A program made the translations under genes and the position numbers. Shown here piece after piece: positions 1 through 9,523 of a DNA stretch of 64,000 nucleotides (position 1 is its first letter; the number at the start of each line of letters is the position of its first letter). The notes beneath the pieces were generated by a model that made no database searches, was not told the DNA's origin, and saw nothing but the letters and a program-made list of their open reading frames with translations. The DNA is from a virus: the IMG/VR virus record IMGVR_UViG_3300021442_000581, positions 6,218-70,217 of that record, one strand, 5' to 3'.

Positions 1-152
1 CTTACGATAGTTTCCTATTTGATTTTGATATAAAAGAAGGATTAGATATTATTAAAGAGCTTAAAAAAATATCAGAAATAGATTCGTTTCCAGTTAGGGT
101 AAAAGCTGGATCAGACTACGATTCACTGAAAGATATAACAGCGAGGTTATAA
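1..152 (+). CDS. C-terminal fragment of family A DNA polymerase-like protein (truncated by window)
   Basis: Frame from nt 3 reads YDSFLFDFDIKEG...FPVRVKAGSDY...RL*, resembling PolA motif C plus the terminal 'P..vk.G..y' segment; the TAA overlaps the next ATG. Confidence 0.6.
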   Translation, partial: YDSFLFDFDIKEGLDIIKELKKISEIDSFPVRVKAGSDYDSLKDITARL

Positions 153-2860
153 TGGACATAAAACAAATAATAAGTAATGCAATAGACGAAGTATCATACA
201 AAACTTCAGACGGTATGGTTAATCTTCATGACACGTATCACATGTATATGGTTCAAGAAGAATTAAAAAAGCATATCGATCCAGATGTTGTTAATTTGAT
301 TTTAGAGAAGGATGAAGAAAAAAAGCCAGCCAAAGAACAAGATCCAGAAAAGTATCAATCTATTGGTGGATCAGGATATGCTCTTAAAGCAAAACTTGGT
401 AAGGATTGGAAAATAGGAGATGATGTTCCTGCTGGAATTCAAAGGTTTACTAAAGATGATAGCGGCAAATTCGTTCCTCAGGGTGAGAAAGAAGATCCTG
501 AAGCGGGTGCAGGTGGAGAAAAAATGGATTTTACTCCGTCCGATGAGAAGGAAGAGGAAGAAGCAGATTTACAAAATGCAGATTTCGATCCTAAAAATGC
601 TGATATAGAAACAAATCCAAGAACTAGAAATAGTTTAGCCGATAAACTAGATTCAGTTGTTACACAAATTCCGTTTGAAAGTGATGAAGATAAAGCTGCG
701 TTTCAAAGGGTTATAGATGCCATTAGAAGTGGAGAAGAACCTTCAGAAGAAGATTGGAAAATATTTAACAAGTATGCTCGTGTTAAGGAAACTAGCGGCC
801 AGTCAACCCCAGAATTTGCGATATACATTTGCAATACTACTCCAGGTGATTTTAGACAGGGTAGAAGAATTAAGGTTGAAATGCATACTAGTAAGAATGC
901 ACATGATCTACGAAGAAAGATGGAAGCTCAAGGTGCAAAGGCTGCTTCTGCAAGTACTACTGCTGGGAAGGCTCCACCAAAATTAGCGGGAAAATTAATA
1001 ACTATGACTAAGATGGCTAAGTCTAAACACGGTGGTGGAGTAAAAGAACATAAAGTTACCCGAAAACCAAAAACTGGTGGACCAGTACAGGAAGTTAGAT
1101 TTGGAAATAGAGTTTTAAAGAGAATTCCAGAACCGGATGAAGACAAGTTAATTGCTGAAGTATTGGATAGGTTTGTTGAAATAATGAAAGGACCGCCCAA
1201 ACGTAGTAAAAAGGATGCGACAAGATTAGCTAAGAAAAGAATCAAGACTATCAGACGAAATAACAAAAATATAGATCAGTACGAAAATATTGATGTAGTT
1301 GAAGAAGCTAGATTAGTTAAGTTCGACCCGGATGATCAGGATTCTAGTACTCCGGAAGGAAGAGCAAAAGTTGCTAAAGAAGGACCTAAAAATTTAGCCG
1401 CTATGATGAGAGAGGAAATGGAAAAACATGGTCCTCTTACTGAAGCTGAAGAAGCAATGTTGAAACGATTAGAGGCATTGGGTGATATAGACGATCCAGC
1501 AGAATACGAAAAAGAGGCTATGAAATTATTAGCAGATATGCAAAAAGTTGAAAGTATGAGAAAGGGTGTTCCGGATATAGCTGAAGGCGTTATTATGTGT
1601 GTTATGAATAAGAAAGGTTTAGACTGTATAGCACCAGCTGGAGAAACGTATAAGGTAGCTGATTTGATTGTGTTCCCACCAGCAGATGATCCTGAGAATC
1701 CAAATTCGGCAGAATACATAGTTTGGTTGGAAAGTACAGGTGGATTAAGTGTTAAGTGGAAAGGTGGAGCGGCTTCAGGAGCGAGAGCAAAAATTGAAGT
1801 AACGGCATTTCAACATGAAGAGACACAAGAACGGTGCACAAAGCTTTTAGATTTACATAATAATTTTATGGGAACTGCATCGCAACCATTAACACGAAAA
1901 AGAATTGATGATGGAAAAGCAGAATTAGACGAACAAGAAAAATGGGCTAGAGAAAATGATTTACTAAATGATGATGATTACGATGAAAACGGTGATTTAT
2001 TAATTCCACCCGCTAAAACTAAAACTTGTAAACAGTGGGCAAAGGATTCAATAGCGGATTGGCAAGCTAAAGGTAAATTACCGGCTGACTGTACACCAGC
2101 ATTAAAAGCAATGCGTCCGGAGGTAGAATGTTTAACTGCAGAGAATAAGAAATTACTTGAAGATGGATTAGAACAGTATTGTAGGGGTGGAGTAATGTTA
2201 TCTCACATACACAATAGGGATTTAGATTTTCAACCATACGGTAACGCAAATGGTACTGCTGATTCGTTAGAATTATCAAATGGAATAGACTGCGTAAATC
2301 ACATGCACTTTCAACCAAATCCAGGTTTTGGCTTTAAAAAGGACGACAATGGAAATCACATTGTTAGACCCAATGCAGTTTATGCTGGACATTTAGAGAA
2401 AGTTTGTGATGAAAAACCAACTGTTGAAACAAAACCATATTCAGAACAACAGGCTTTAGATGAAACAGGAGAATATTTTGAAAATGATGGAGCTTATAAC
2501 GCAATGCCTGGTTTAGCAGAGGATGAGGATGATTTAGCTCAACAAATTCAAAATGCTCCTGAAGAAATTCTGTCCGATGATGATTTAAGAAACTTGATTA
2601 ACAGCGATGCTGGAGATGTATTAGATGCGGATGATCCCATGGCACATGCTGAAAAGAAAGCTATAGAATATGAAAAGAGCTGGGATTATATAACAAAAAA
2701 TATTAAGAGTGGGAAACCACAAGAGGCACCAATAGTTGTAAGAGATAAGACAGGTCAAATGTGGTTATTAGCAGGAAATACTAGATTAATGGCTCAGACC
2801 GGCCATGGAAATAGAATACCAGTAAAAATAATTGATTATGATGGGGTGTTTAAAACATGA
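152..2860 (+). CDS. Large acidic hypothetical protein with C-terminal ParB/Srx-like domain
   Basis: 902-aa ORF; C-terminal EAPIVVRD..GQMWLLAGNTRL resembles the ParB N-terminal 'GxxR' motif. Confidence 0.5.
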   Translation: MDIKQIISNAIDEVSYKTSDGMVNLHDTYHMYMVQEELKKHIDPDVVNLILEKDEEKKPAKEQDPEKYQSIGGSGYALKAKLGKDWKIGDDVPAGIQRFTKDDSGKFVPQGEKEDPEAGAGGEKMDFTPSDEKEEEEADLQNADFDPKNADIETNPRTRNSLADKLDSVVTQIPFESDEDKAAFQRVIDAIRSGEEPSEEDWKIFNKYARVKETSGQSTPEFAIYICNTTPGDFRQGRRIKVEMHTSKNAHDLRRKMEAQGAKAASASTTAGKAPPKLAGKLITMTKMAKSKHGGGVKEHKVTRKPKTGGPVQEVRFGNRVLKRIPEPDEDKLIAEVLDRFVEIMKGPPKRSKKDATRLAKKRIKTIRRNNKNIDQYENIDVVEEARLVKFDPDDQDSSTPEGRAKVAKEGPKNLAAMMREEMEKHGPLTEAEEAMLKRLEALGDIDDPAEYEKEAMKLLADMQKVESMRKGVPDIAEGVIMCVMNKKGLDCIAPAGETYKVADLIVFPPADDPENPNSAEYIVWLESTGGLSVKWKGGAASGARAKIEVTAFQHEETQERCTKLLDLHNNFMGTASQPLTRKRIDDGKAELDEQEKWARENDLLNDDDYDENGDLLIPPAKTKTCKQWAKDSIADWQAKGKLPADCTPALKAMRPEVECLTAENKKLLEDGLEQYCRGGVMLSHIHNRDLDFQPYGNANGTADSLELSNGIDCVNHMHFQPNPGFGFKKDDNGNHIVRPNAVYAGHLEKVCDEKPTVETKPYSEQQALDETGEYFENDGAYNAMPGLAEDEDDLAQQIQNAPEEILSDDDLRNLINSDAGDVLDADDPMAHAEKKAIEYEKSWDYITKNIKSGKPQEAPIVVRDKTGQMWLLAGNTRLMAQTGHGNRIPVKIIDYDGVFKT

Positions 2861-3264
2861 TTAAGTTAAAGGATATACTTATGTTTGAACAAAAAGTTTC
2901 AGATACGGCCGGGATTATTTTAAAGAATGATACTGCCGGAATAGTTTTATGTAAAGAAGAAGAGTGGTGGGGAATTCCTAAGGGAAGAGTGGATCCTGGG
3001 GAAACACCGCTTGAAGCTGCAGTTCGGGAAGTTTTAGAGGAGGTTTCTATTTTGTTGTCTCCTCATGGTTCGCACGTTAATGAACCAATAAAATTGAAAA
3101 CAGTAGAAGAAAATAGTAGAGGTGGAAAATTTTATATTTTTAAATGCTATGTTAAACTTCCAATGGTACTAAAGAAAAGTGCTGAACATGAAGCAGTCGG
3201 ATGGTTTATGACCCATCGAAATATGCCAGATAATATCGATCCACGAATTAAGGGGCTAATATAA
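2857..3264 (+). CDS. NUDIX hydrolase
   Basis: Nudix box GRVDPGETPLEAAVREVLEEV. Confidence 0.9.
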   Translation: MIKLKDILMFEQKVSDTAGIILKNDTAGIVLCKEEEWWGIPKGRVDPGETPLEAAVREVLEEVSILLSPHGSHVNEPIKLKTVEENSRGGKFYIFKCYVKLPMVLKKSAEHEAVGWFMTHRNMPDNIDPRIKGLI

Positions 3265-3653
3265 TGAAAACTCAACTTCTTTGTACTTTTTGTAAGACGT
3301 ATGATTTTGATGATACAGTAGATCTTATTAAAATGGCTGCGAATGTTGTTTTTGAAAAGATTTACGTTTTTCAACATGTTGATGATCAAGAATCTTTGAT
3401 TTGTACGTATAATGTAGAAAAAACGGAAGATTTTGTTCAGAATAATAAGACTATGGCAATTCATAGAAAAAAGGAAACTAATACTTTGTATACTATCAAT
3501 GCGTTAAATGAAGCAATTCGAAAGGATAACGACGGAATATTAGATAAGAAATTTTCTTTGGAGTGGAGTCAATATCAAAATAGTTTATTGCTCACTAATG
3601 ATGCAGGACTTAACGTAGTTAGAACTAAACTGTATAAAATAGTAAATGTTTAA
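3264..3653 (+). CDS. Hypothetical phage protein
   Basis: 129-aa ORF coupled to the upstream stop. Confidence 0.7.
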   Translation: MKTQLLCTFCKTYDFDDTVDLIKMAANVVFEKIYVFQHVDDQESLICTYNVEKTEDFVQNNKTMAIHRKKETNTLYTINALNEAIRKDNDGILDKKFSLEWSQYQNSLLLTNDAGLNVVRTKLYKIVNV

Positions 3654-3695
3654 ATATTTATATTAAATTGAAACTGTGTTTAAGCGAGAATTGCA

Positions 3696-4166
3696 ATGAA
3701 TAAAAAACAAATACTTAGAAAAATAATTAGAGAAGAAATTAAGAAAGTTATTACTGAAGGAACTAGAGCACTAGTTGGTGTAGAGGCTCCTAATGGTAAA
3801 GTAACTGTTTTCTATACTCATTATGATGGTTACCCACAACATACTGGAAAAATGCTTAAGAAACATTATAGCAATTCTGGAATTGTTAAAAAACTCATGG
3901 CTCTCGGAAAACATGGTGTATCTTTCTTAGATAAGAGTATTAAAGGTGGTCCTGATCATAGCTTTAAAGATCCTAAAAAGGGTGAAACTATTTTCTACGG
4001 AAGAGATAGAGGCGAAAATGACAGAATGACATTCTCTTTTAGAGACAGGGAAAAAGCTGATTTTGATTGGGGTACTGAATATATGTATATTTGGAATATG
4101 AAAGAAAAGAAGTGGTACTATAAATCAGCCCATTCAAATCCACGAGATTGGACAGAGTTGAAATAA
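3696..4166 (+). CDS. Hypothetical phage protein (GTR...YxHYDGYP domain) with N-terminal LRKIIREEI leader
   Basis: 156-aa ORF preceded by TATTTATA. Confidence 0.7.
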   Translation: MNKKQILRKIIREEIKKVITEGTRALVGVEAPNGKVTVFYTHYDGYPQHTGKMLKKHYSNSGIVKKLMALGKHGVSFLDKSIKGGPDHSFKDPKKGETIFYGRDRGENDRMTFSFRDREKADFDWGTEYMYIWNMKEKKWYYKSAHSNPRDWTELK

Positions 4167-4445
4167 TTGGCTTCTACAACCCAAAACATTAACGTTACAC
4201 AAAACTCCATAATAAAATTTGCAATTGAATATTGTATGCAGTGAAGTTATGAACCAAGAGCTTTCAGTTTGAGAGATGAATTAAGTACAGCATATTCAGA
4301 ATCAGAAATAGAAATGATTGAAAGCAGCGGTGGAGTGTACAACGTATACGTTAACAATGATCAGATCTTCGATAAAATAGCATCAGATAGATTTCCAAAT
4401 GATGGAGAGATTTTAGCATTAGTCGAACGATTTAATTTTATTTAA
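4167..4445 (+). CDS. SelW/SelT/SelH (Rdx) family selenoprotein, CxxU motif (UGA at 4242-4244)
   Basis: TTG 4167 ...KFAIEYC-M-Q-(TGA)-SYEPRAFSLRDEL...IESSGGVYNVYVNNDQIFDK..SDRFPNDGEI...TAA 4445. Rdx motifs occur on both sides of the TGA; hairpin at 4261-4275. Confidence 0.88.
4261..4275 (+). promoter_or_regulatory. Candidate bacterial SECIS hairpin
   Basis: CUUUCA-GUU-UGAGAG; the apical loop G lies 23 nt after the UGA. Confidence 0.5.
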
Positions 4446-4526
4446 AAAAGTTATAAAAAAATCACATTTTGAGAATTTTACAGTATATATATTTTATAGA
4501 ATATATATTATTCTATATGTTTTTTG

Positions 4527-4979
4527 AAAATTTGGAAAATGAAAGTGTGTGAGTTGATCGCTTGCACATGGGATTGACAGAAAAAATCCTTTCCAGAAGA
4601 GGGGGTTATTGTTGAGTAAATTCACCCGTGGTGGGTTCCTAAAGGCCGAAGTGCTGGCTCAAATGTGAGTAATAGGAAAACGACAGTTTAGAATTGAAAG
4701 ATATGTCATGAACTATACGAAAAGAGCTACTTTTCTGCTTCATTCTGAGAGAGTGATAGAAATATCGAGATTCTCAGCCTAGTGTTACCTAAAAACCCGT
4801 GAGTGATGGGGAAGGTGTAATGACAGGAGTTGTGTCCACTCCAGCGAAGTTAACCACTTTAAGGAGTAACCGATCGTAACTGATTGGGTTGTTAGCATGA
4901 AGTCAAATAAAATCATTCATGACCCGTGACATTTGTAAGTGTATGCAAATCTTACATCCCCAATATATTTTCCAATTTT
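4527..4979 (+). ncRNA. Large structured noncoding RNA candidate (~450 nt)
   Basis: ORF-free; closing helix TTGGAAAAT(4532-40)/ATTTTCCAA(4967-75); long-range GTCATGAA(4705-12)/TTCATGAC(4916-23); many local hairpins; AT-rich promoter-like sequence just upstream. Confidence 0.7.
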
Positions 4980-4981
4980 AT

Positions 4982-5048
4982 AGAGATTGCCGTACTAGCG
5001 TTTTAGTCTCCACTATATAATGACTTAAAAACCTTTGCGGCAATCTTT
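4982..5048 (+). ncRNA. Long bulged hairpin (small RNA, processing signal or terminator)
   Basis: AGAGATTGCCGTA/TGCGGCAATCTTT outer stem and TTTTAGTC/GACTTAAAA inner stem. Confidence 0.55.
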
Positions 5049-5205
5049 TATACATGAAAAGCTATTATTTTCCATGAAAAACAGTTACAAGTCAACAACA
5101 AATATGAAAAAAATTATAAAAAAATTAACTTTTGAGATTGTTCAAGAATATATATTTATGTATTGAACATTAACTATTAACTAATAAAAAATAAGGAGAA
5201 ATGTT

Positions 5206-5982
5206 ATGGACATTGCCGCAATCAAAGCACGATTAGGCCAACTTCAACAATCAGCAAACAAGACTTCTTCCCTTTGGAAGCCAAGTCCTGGAAAATCTCA
5301 AATTCGAATCGTTCCGAATAAAGCAAATAAGGACAATCCGTTTATTGAGTTGTACTTTCATTATGATATGGGTGATAAATTTTATCTATCACCGATTTCG
5401 TTTGGAAGACCTGATCCAATTGAAGAGTTCGCAATTAAACTTAAAACATCCGGTAACGGGGATGATTACAAATTAGGAAGAAAAATCGAAGCCAAAATGC
5501 GTACATACGCCCCAGTAGTTGTACGTGGTGAAGAGAATGAAGGTGTAAGGTTTTGGGGTTTTGGTAAAATGGTTTACCAAGAACTTTTAAGCATCATTGC
5601 TGATCCTGATTATGGTGATATTACTGATCCCGTTAATGGTAGAGACGTTGTAGTAGAATTTAAAACCAGTGAAGAAACTGGTCGTTCTTTTCCAACGACA
5701 ACAATACGTGTTAAACCGAATCAAACACCGGTTACTGATAATCCAGATGTCATGAAGACAATTAAGGATACTCAGAAGAATATCACGGAAATCTACCAGG
5801 AGATGAGTTACGATGATCTACATAAAGTACTTTCTGAATGGTTGAATCAAGATGGAGAAGGCGAAGATGATTCAGTTAGCGCTAAAAAAGTAGCGATTCC
5901 AGCGAAGTCGACGAATGATAAGGTTAAAGAAGCTGCTACCACCGATGTGAGCAGTGCATTTGACGAATTATTCAATAACTAG
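5206..5982 (+). CDS. Single-stranded DNA-binding protein (T4 gp32-like)
   Basis: WKP..G...IRIVP, YGDITDPVNGRD, acidic tail ending AFDELFNN; strong AAGGAG RBS. Confidence 0.85.
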   Translation: MDIAAIKARLGQLQQSANKTSSLWKPSPGKSQIRIVPNKANKDNPFIELYFHYDMGDKFYLSPISFGRPDPIEEFAIKLKTSGNGDDYKLGRKIEAKMRTYAPVVVRGEENEGVRFWGFGKMVYQELLSIIADPDYGDITDPVNGRDVVVEFKTSEETGRSFPTTTIRVKPNQTPVTDNPDVMKTIKDTQKNITEIYQEMSYDDLHKVLSEWLNQDGEGEDDSVSAKKVAIPAKSTNDKVKEAATTDVSSAFDELFNN

Positions 5983-6003
5983 CACACGATAATACAACAA
6001 TAT

Positions 6004-6032
6004 AATGGGCCCGGTGGTCCGGGTCCATTTTT
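6004..6032 (+). terminator. Intrinsic terminator
   Basis: AATGGGCCCGG-TGGT-CCGGGTCCATT followed by a T run. Confidence 0.75.
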
Positions 6033-6047
6033 AGATAGGGGAAATTT

Positions 6048-7142
6048 ATGTCCAAAGACATACTGGCTTCAGAACTTGCTGATAGCCTAAATTCAAAATT
6101 CAAGGGCCAAAAGGTTGCATACTTTTTGGATGGTTCTCACGATTCACCAACAGATATTAAAGATTTTATTTCTACTGGTTCATCTATATTAGATTTAGCA
6201 ATATCAAATAAACCAAAGGGTGGAATTGCAGTTGGTAGGATTACAGAAATAAATGGATTAACTTCTACAGGTAAGTCACTCTTAGGTGCTCATATTTTAG
6301 CTGAGACGCAAAAGAGAGATGGAGTTGCAGTTTATATCGATACTGAAACATCAGTTAGTCGACAATTTTTAGAAGCAATTGGTTGTGATGTTGGAAATTT
6401 ATTATATCTTCATATTGAAACCGTAGAAGAAATATTTCAGGCGATTGAAGATATTATCTTAAAAATTAGAGAATCAAATAAAAACAAACATGTTACTATA
6501 CTTGTAGATAGTTTAGCCGCAGCTTCAACTAAAGTAGAAATGGAAGCTGATTATGAAAAAGATGGTTGGGCTACTTCTAAAGCAATTATTATTTCTAAAG
6601 CAATGCGTAAAATCACTCAAATGATAGGACGCAATAAAATTACATTGGTATTTACAAATCAACTTCGTCAAAAAATGGGAGTTATGTTTGGAGATCCTTA
6701 TACAACAAGTGGTGGTTTAGCACTGCCATTCCATTCGTCAACTAGAATTAGGTTGAAAAATATGGGACAGATAAAAGATAAGGACGGAAATACAATCGGT
6801 GTAAAGTGTAGAGCACAGGTTATAAAAAATAGAATCGGTCCTCCAATGAGAAATGCAGATTATGATATGTATTTTGATCGTGGAATTGATGATGAAGGTG
6901 GGTGGTTACAAGTTTTAAAAGATTTGGGTATAGCTACCAATAAAGGTGCTTGGTACACTATTGAGTTCAACGGTAAAGAAAAGAAATTCTTGTCTAAAGA
7001 TTTTGTAAGTCAACTTGAAGATAAAAAGTTTAAAGATTTTTTATATGAAAAGATATGTGAAAATAGCATTCTTGAATATGAAAATGAACGTGGAATTGAT
7101 GATGTTGAATTTACCGACGAAGTCATGAACGAAGATGCGTAG
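6048..7142 (+). CDS. recA: RecA/UvsX recombinase
   Basis: GRITEING.TSTGKS Walker A, YIDTE, LVDSLAA, FTNQLR, MFGDP.TTSGG. Confidence 0.93.
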   Translation: MSKDILASELADSLNSKFKGQKVAYFLDGSHDSPTDIKDFISTGSSILDLAISNKPKGGIAVGRITEINGLTSTGKSLLGAHILAETQKRDGVAVYIDTETSVSRQFLEAIGCDVGNLLYLHIETVEEIFQAIEDIILKIRESNKNKHVTILVDSLAAASTKVEMEADYEKDGWATSKAIIISKAMRKITQMIGRNKITLVFTNQLRQKMGVMFGDPYTTSGGLALPFHSSTRIRLKNMGQIKDKDGNTIGVKCRAQVIKNRIGPPMRNADYDMYFDRGIDDEGGWLQVLKDLGIATNKGAWYTIEFNGKEKKFLSKDFVSQLEDKKFKDFLYEKICENSILEYENERGIDDVEFTDEVMNEDA

Positions 7143-8151
7143 CAATTACGCACAAATTTTAGACCAACTCAAAGACAACGTATCAAAGCCACAAAGTGTT
7201 AATGATCATGTCTTAATTGTAGACGGTCTAAATAACTTCATTAGAGCTTGGTCTGCTTCCCCTGCGACTAATTCTGATGGAGTTCATATCGGTGGAATGA
7301 TAGGGTTTTTACAAAGCGTCGGCTTAGCAGTAAGAACCCTTCTTCCAACGAGAGTTATAATAGTATTTGATGGTGCAGGTGGTTCTCAAAGAAGACGTAA
7401 AATTTACAGTGAATATAAGGGAAATCGTAAACCACCAAAACGTCCTCATAGATTTCAGGGTATGGATGGAGAAAATGATGCTACAAGTATGCGCAGACAA
7501 ATTAATAGATTGGCTCAATATTTGTTATTGCTTCCAGTAAACACAATTTCAATTGAAAAGATAGAGGCTGATGATAGTATAGGTTATATTACTACTAAAT
7601 TATTACCGGATTCTAAGATTTCTATTATGTCTTCTGATAAGGATTTTTTACAACTGGTAAATGATAAGGTTTCAGTATGGTCTCCAACAAAAAAGATATT
7701 ATACGATAGAACAAGAGTAGAAGAAGAATTCGAAATGCCTCCAGAAAATATGATTTATTACAGAATAGTAGATGGTGATAAGTCAGATAATATACCAGGA
7801 ATTAGAGGATTTGCTCTTAAAACTATTTTGAAAAAAAATCCATTTTTGAAAAGTGAGAAGATAAGTAATATAGAAGAATATATACAAAGGTCAGGTTTTG
7901 ATAGTTATGAAGATTTACTACGTAGAAATTACACATTGATGCAATTGGATGATGTGAATATTTCTGGTAGTGCTAAATTAAAAATACTGGATGTAGTTAA
8001 TTTGCTCCCTCATAGGTTGATAAAATACAAGATTCATAGGTTGTTTTTAGAAGATAAAATAAATCAAGCTATTAGAAATCCTGATGTATGGTTACAAAAT
8101 ACGTTTAATAGGTTAGACATGGTTATTGAAAATGACTCCTCCAATAAGTGA
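7135..8151 (+). CDS. 5'-3' exonuclease / T4 RNase H-like flap nuclease
   Basis: LIVDGLN, VFDG, YKGNR, EADD, SSDKDFLQL, GDKSDNIPG. Confidence 0.92.
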   Translation: MRSNYAQILDQLKDNVSKPQSVNDHVLIVDGLNNFIRAWSASPATNSDGVHIGGMIGFLQSVGLAVRTLLPTRVIIVFDGAGGSQRRRKIYSEYKGNRKPPKRPHRFQGMDGENDATSMRRQINRLAQYLLLLPVNTISIEKIEADDSIGYITTKLLPDSKISIMSSDKDFLQLVNDKVSVWSPTKKILYDRTRVEEEFEMPPENMIYYRIVDGDKSDNIPGIRGFALKTILKKNPFLKSEKISNIEEYIQRSGFDSYEDLLRRNYTLMQLDDVNISGSAKLKILDVVNLLPHRLIKYKIHRLFLEDKINQAIRNPDVWLQNTFNRLDMVIENDSSNK

Positions 8152-9508
8152 TTCATTAACAAAATACGGAAGTAGTTTCCAAACTAAGATTATTACAAGT
8201 CTTTTAGTTAAGGAAGAATTTATTCAAACAATATATGATTTAATTCAACCTGAACAATTAGATACAGAAAGTAAGCAATGGTTAGTTAGAGAAATAAAGG
8301 CATATTTTTATGAGTATAAGGTTTTACCAACATTAGATTCTTTAAAGGTAAAGATTACTCCAATAACAAATGAAATATTAAAAGAATCAATTGTTGATGA
8401 ATTACGTGAGGTAATGAAATATGTTGAAGCTACTGATTTAGATTTTATTCAAAATGAAACTATACAATTCTGTAAAAATCAAGCATTAAAGAGTGCAATT
8501 GTACAGTCTGTAGACCTCCTTCAACGGGGAGAATATGACAACATCAAAAGAATTATAGACAATGCTATGAGAGCTGGTACCAGAAGGGATATAGGTTTAG
8601 AATATGTTAAGGATTTTGATACAATTATAGATCAAGTTGCTAGAGACACAGTTAGTACTGGTTTTATGGCAGTAGATGAAATAACCGATGGTGGATTGGC
8701 TGGTGGAGAACTTGGAATTGTTGTTGCTCCATCTGGTATTGGTAAGAGTTGGGTTTTACAGGCTTTAGGTGCCAATGCTTTAAGAGCTGGAATGAATGTA
8801 ATGCACTACACTTTAGAATTAAATCAAGCCTATGTTGGACTGAGATACGGTGCTATATTTTCTAAGATTGAAACTTCTATGATACCAGATAAGCGAGATA
8901 AAGTAAAGAAAATGATAGAGGACCAATGTAAGGGTGAACTATTAATAAAATATTATCCATCGAAAGCAGCTAGTGTACAGACTATTTATACACATTTAAA
9001 AACCGTTGAATTAATGGGTCATTCCCCAGATATAATTTTGTTAGATTATGCTGATTTGTTAACTGATACATCAGGAATTGGAGAGTTACGACATCAATTG
9101 GGAAACATATATGAAGAATTACGTGGACTAAGTGGTGAGTTTGGAATTCCAGTATGGACGGCATCTCAATCAAATAGGTCAAGTTTGGAAGAAAACGTTA
9201 TTGGTGCAGAAAAAATTGCAGAATCGTACAGTAAGGTCATGACGGCTGACTTTGTAATGAGTTTATCTCGAAAAATTGAAGATAAGGTTGCTAATACTGG
9301 ACGTATACACATAATTAAGAACAGGTTCGGACCGGATGGATTAACTTTTCCCACTACTATGAATACAGCCATCGGTCAAATAGAAGTGTATGAATCGGGA
9401 ACCTCCAGTGGAATGACCGTCCAAAACAGGATGGATAATGGAAACGAATATGTCAGAAAATTGCTTAAAAAGCGCTACGATGAATTTGAAACTCAGCAAT
9501 CGGATTAA
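8132..9508 (+). CDS. DnaB-like replicative helicase (gp41-like)
   Basis: APSGIGKS Walker A, YTLEL, LDYADL, WTASQSNR, KNRFG. Confidence 0.92.
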   Translation: MTPPISDSLTKYGSSFQTKIITSLLVKEEFIQTIYDLIQPEQLDTESKQWLVREIKAYFYEYKVLPTLDSLKVKITPITNEILKESIVDELREVMKYVEATDLDFIQNETIQFCKNQALKSAIVQSVDLLQRGEYDNIKRIIDNAMRAGTRRDIGLEYVKDFDTIIDQVARDTVSTGFMAVDEITDGGLAGGELGIVVAPSGIGKSWVLQALGANALRAGMNVMHYTLELNQAYVGLRYGAIFSKIETSMIPDKRDKVKKMIEDQCKGELLIKYYPSKAASVQTIYTHLKTVELMGHSPDIILLDYADLLTDTSGIGELRHQLGNIYEELRGLSGEFGIPVWTASQSNRSSLEENVIGAEKIAESYSKVMTADFVMSLSRKIEDKVANTGRIHIIKNRFGPDGLTFPTTMNTAIGQIEVYESGTSSGMTVQNRMDNGNEYVRKLLKKRYDEFETQQSD

Positions 9509-9523
9509 TTTATAGGAGTTATA

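Noticed and set aside
4527-4979. tmRNA, RNase P RNA or group I/II intron
   Set aside because: No tRNA-Ala-like ends or tag ORF, no GAGGAAAGUCC, no interrupted host gene and no recognisable intron termini
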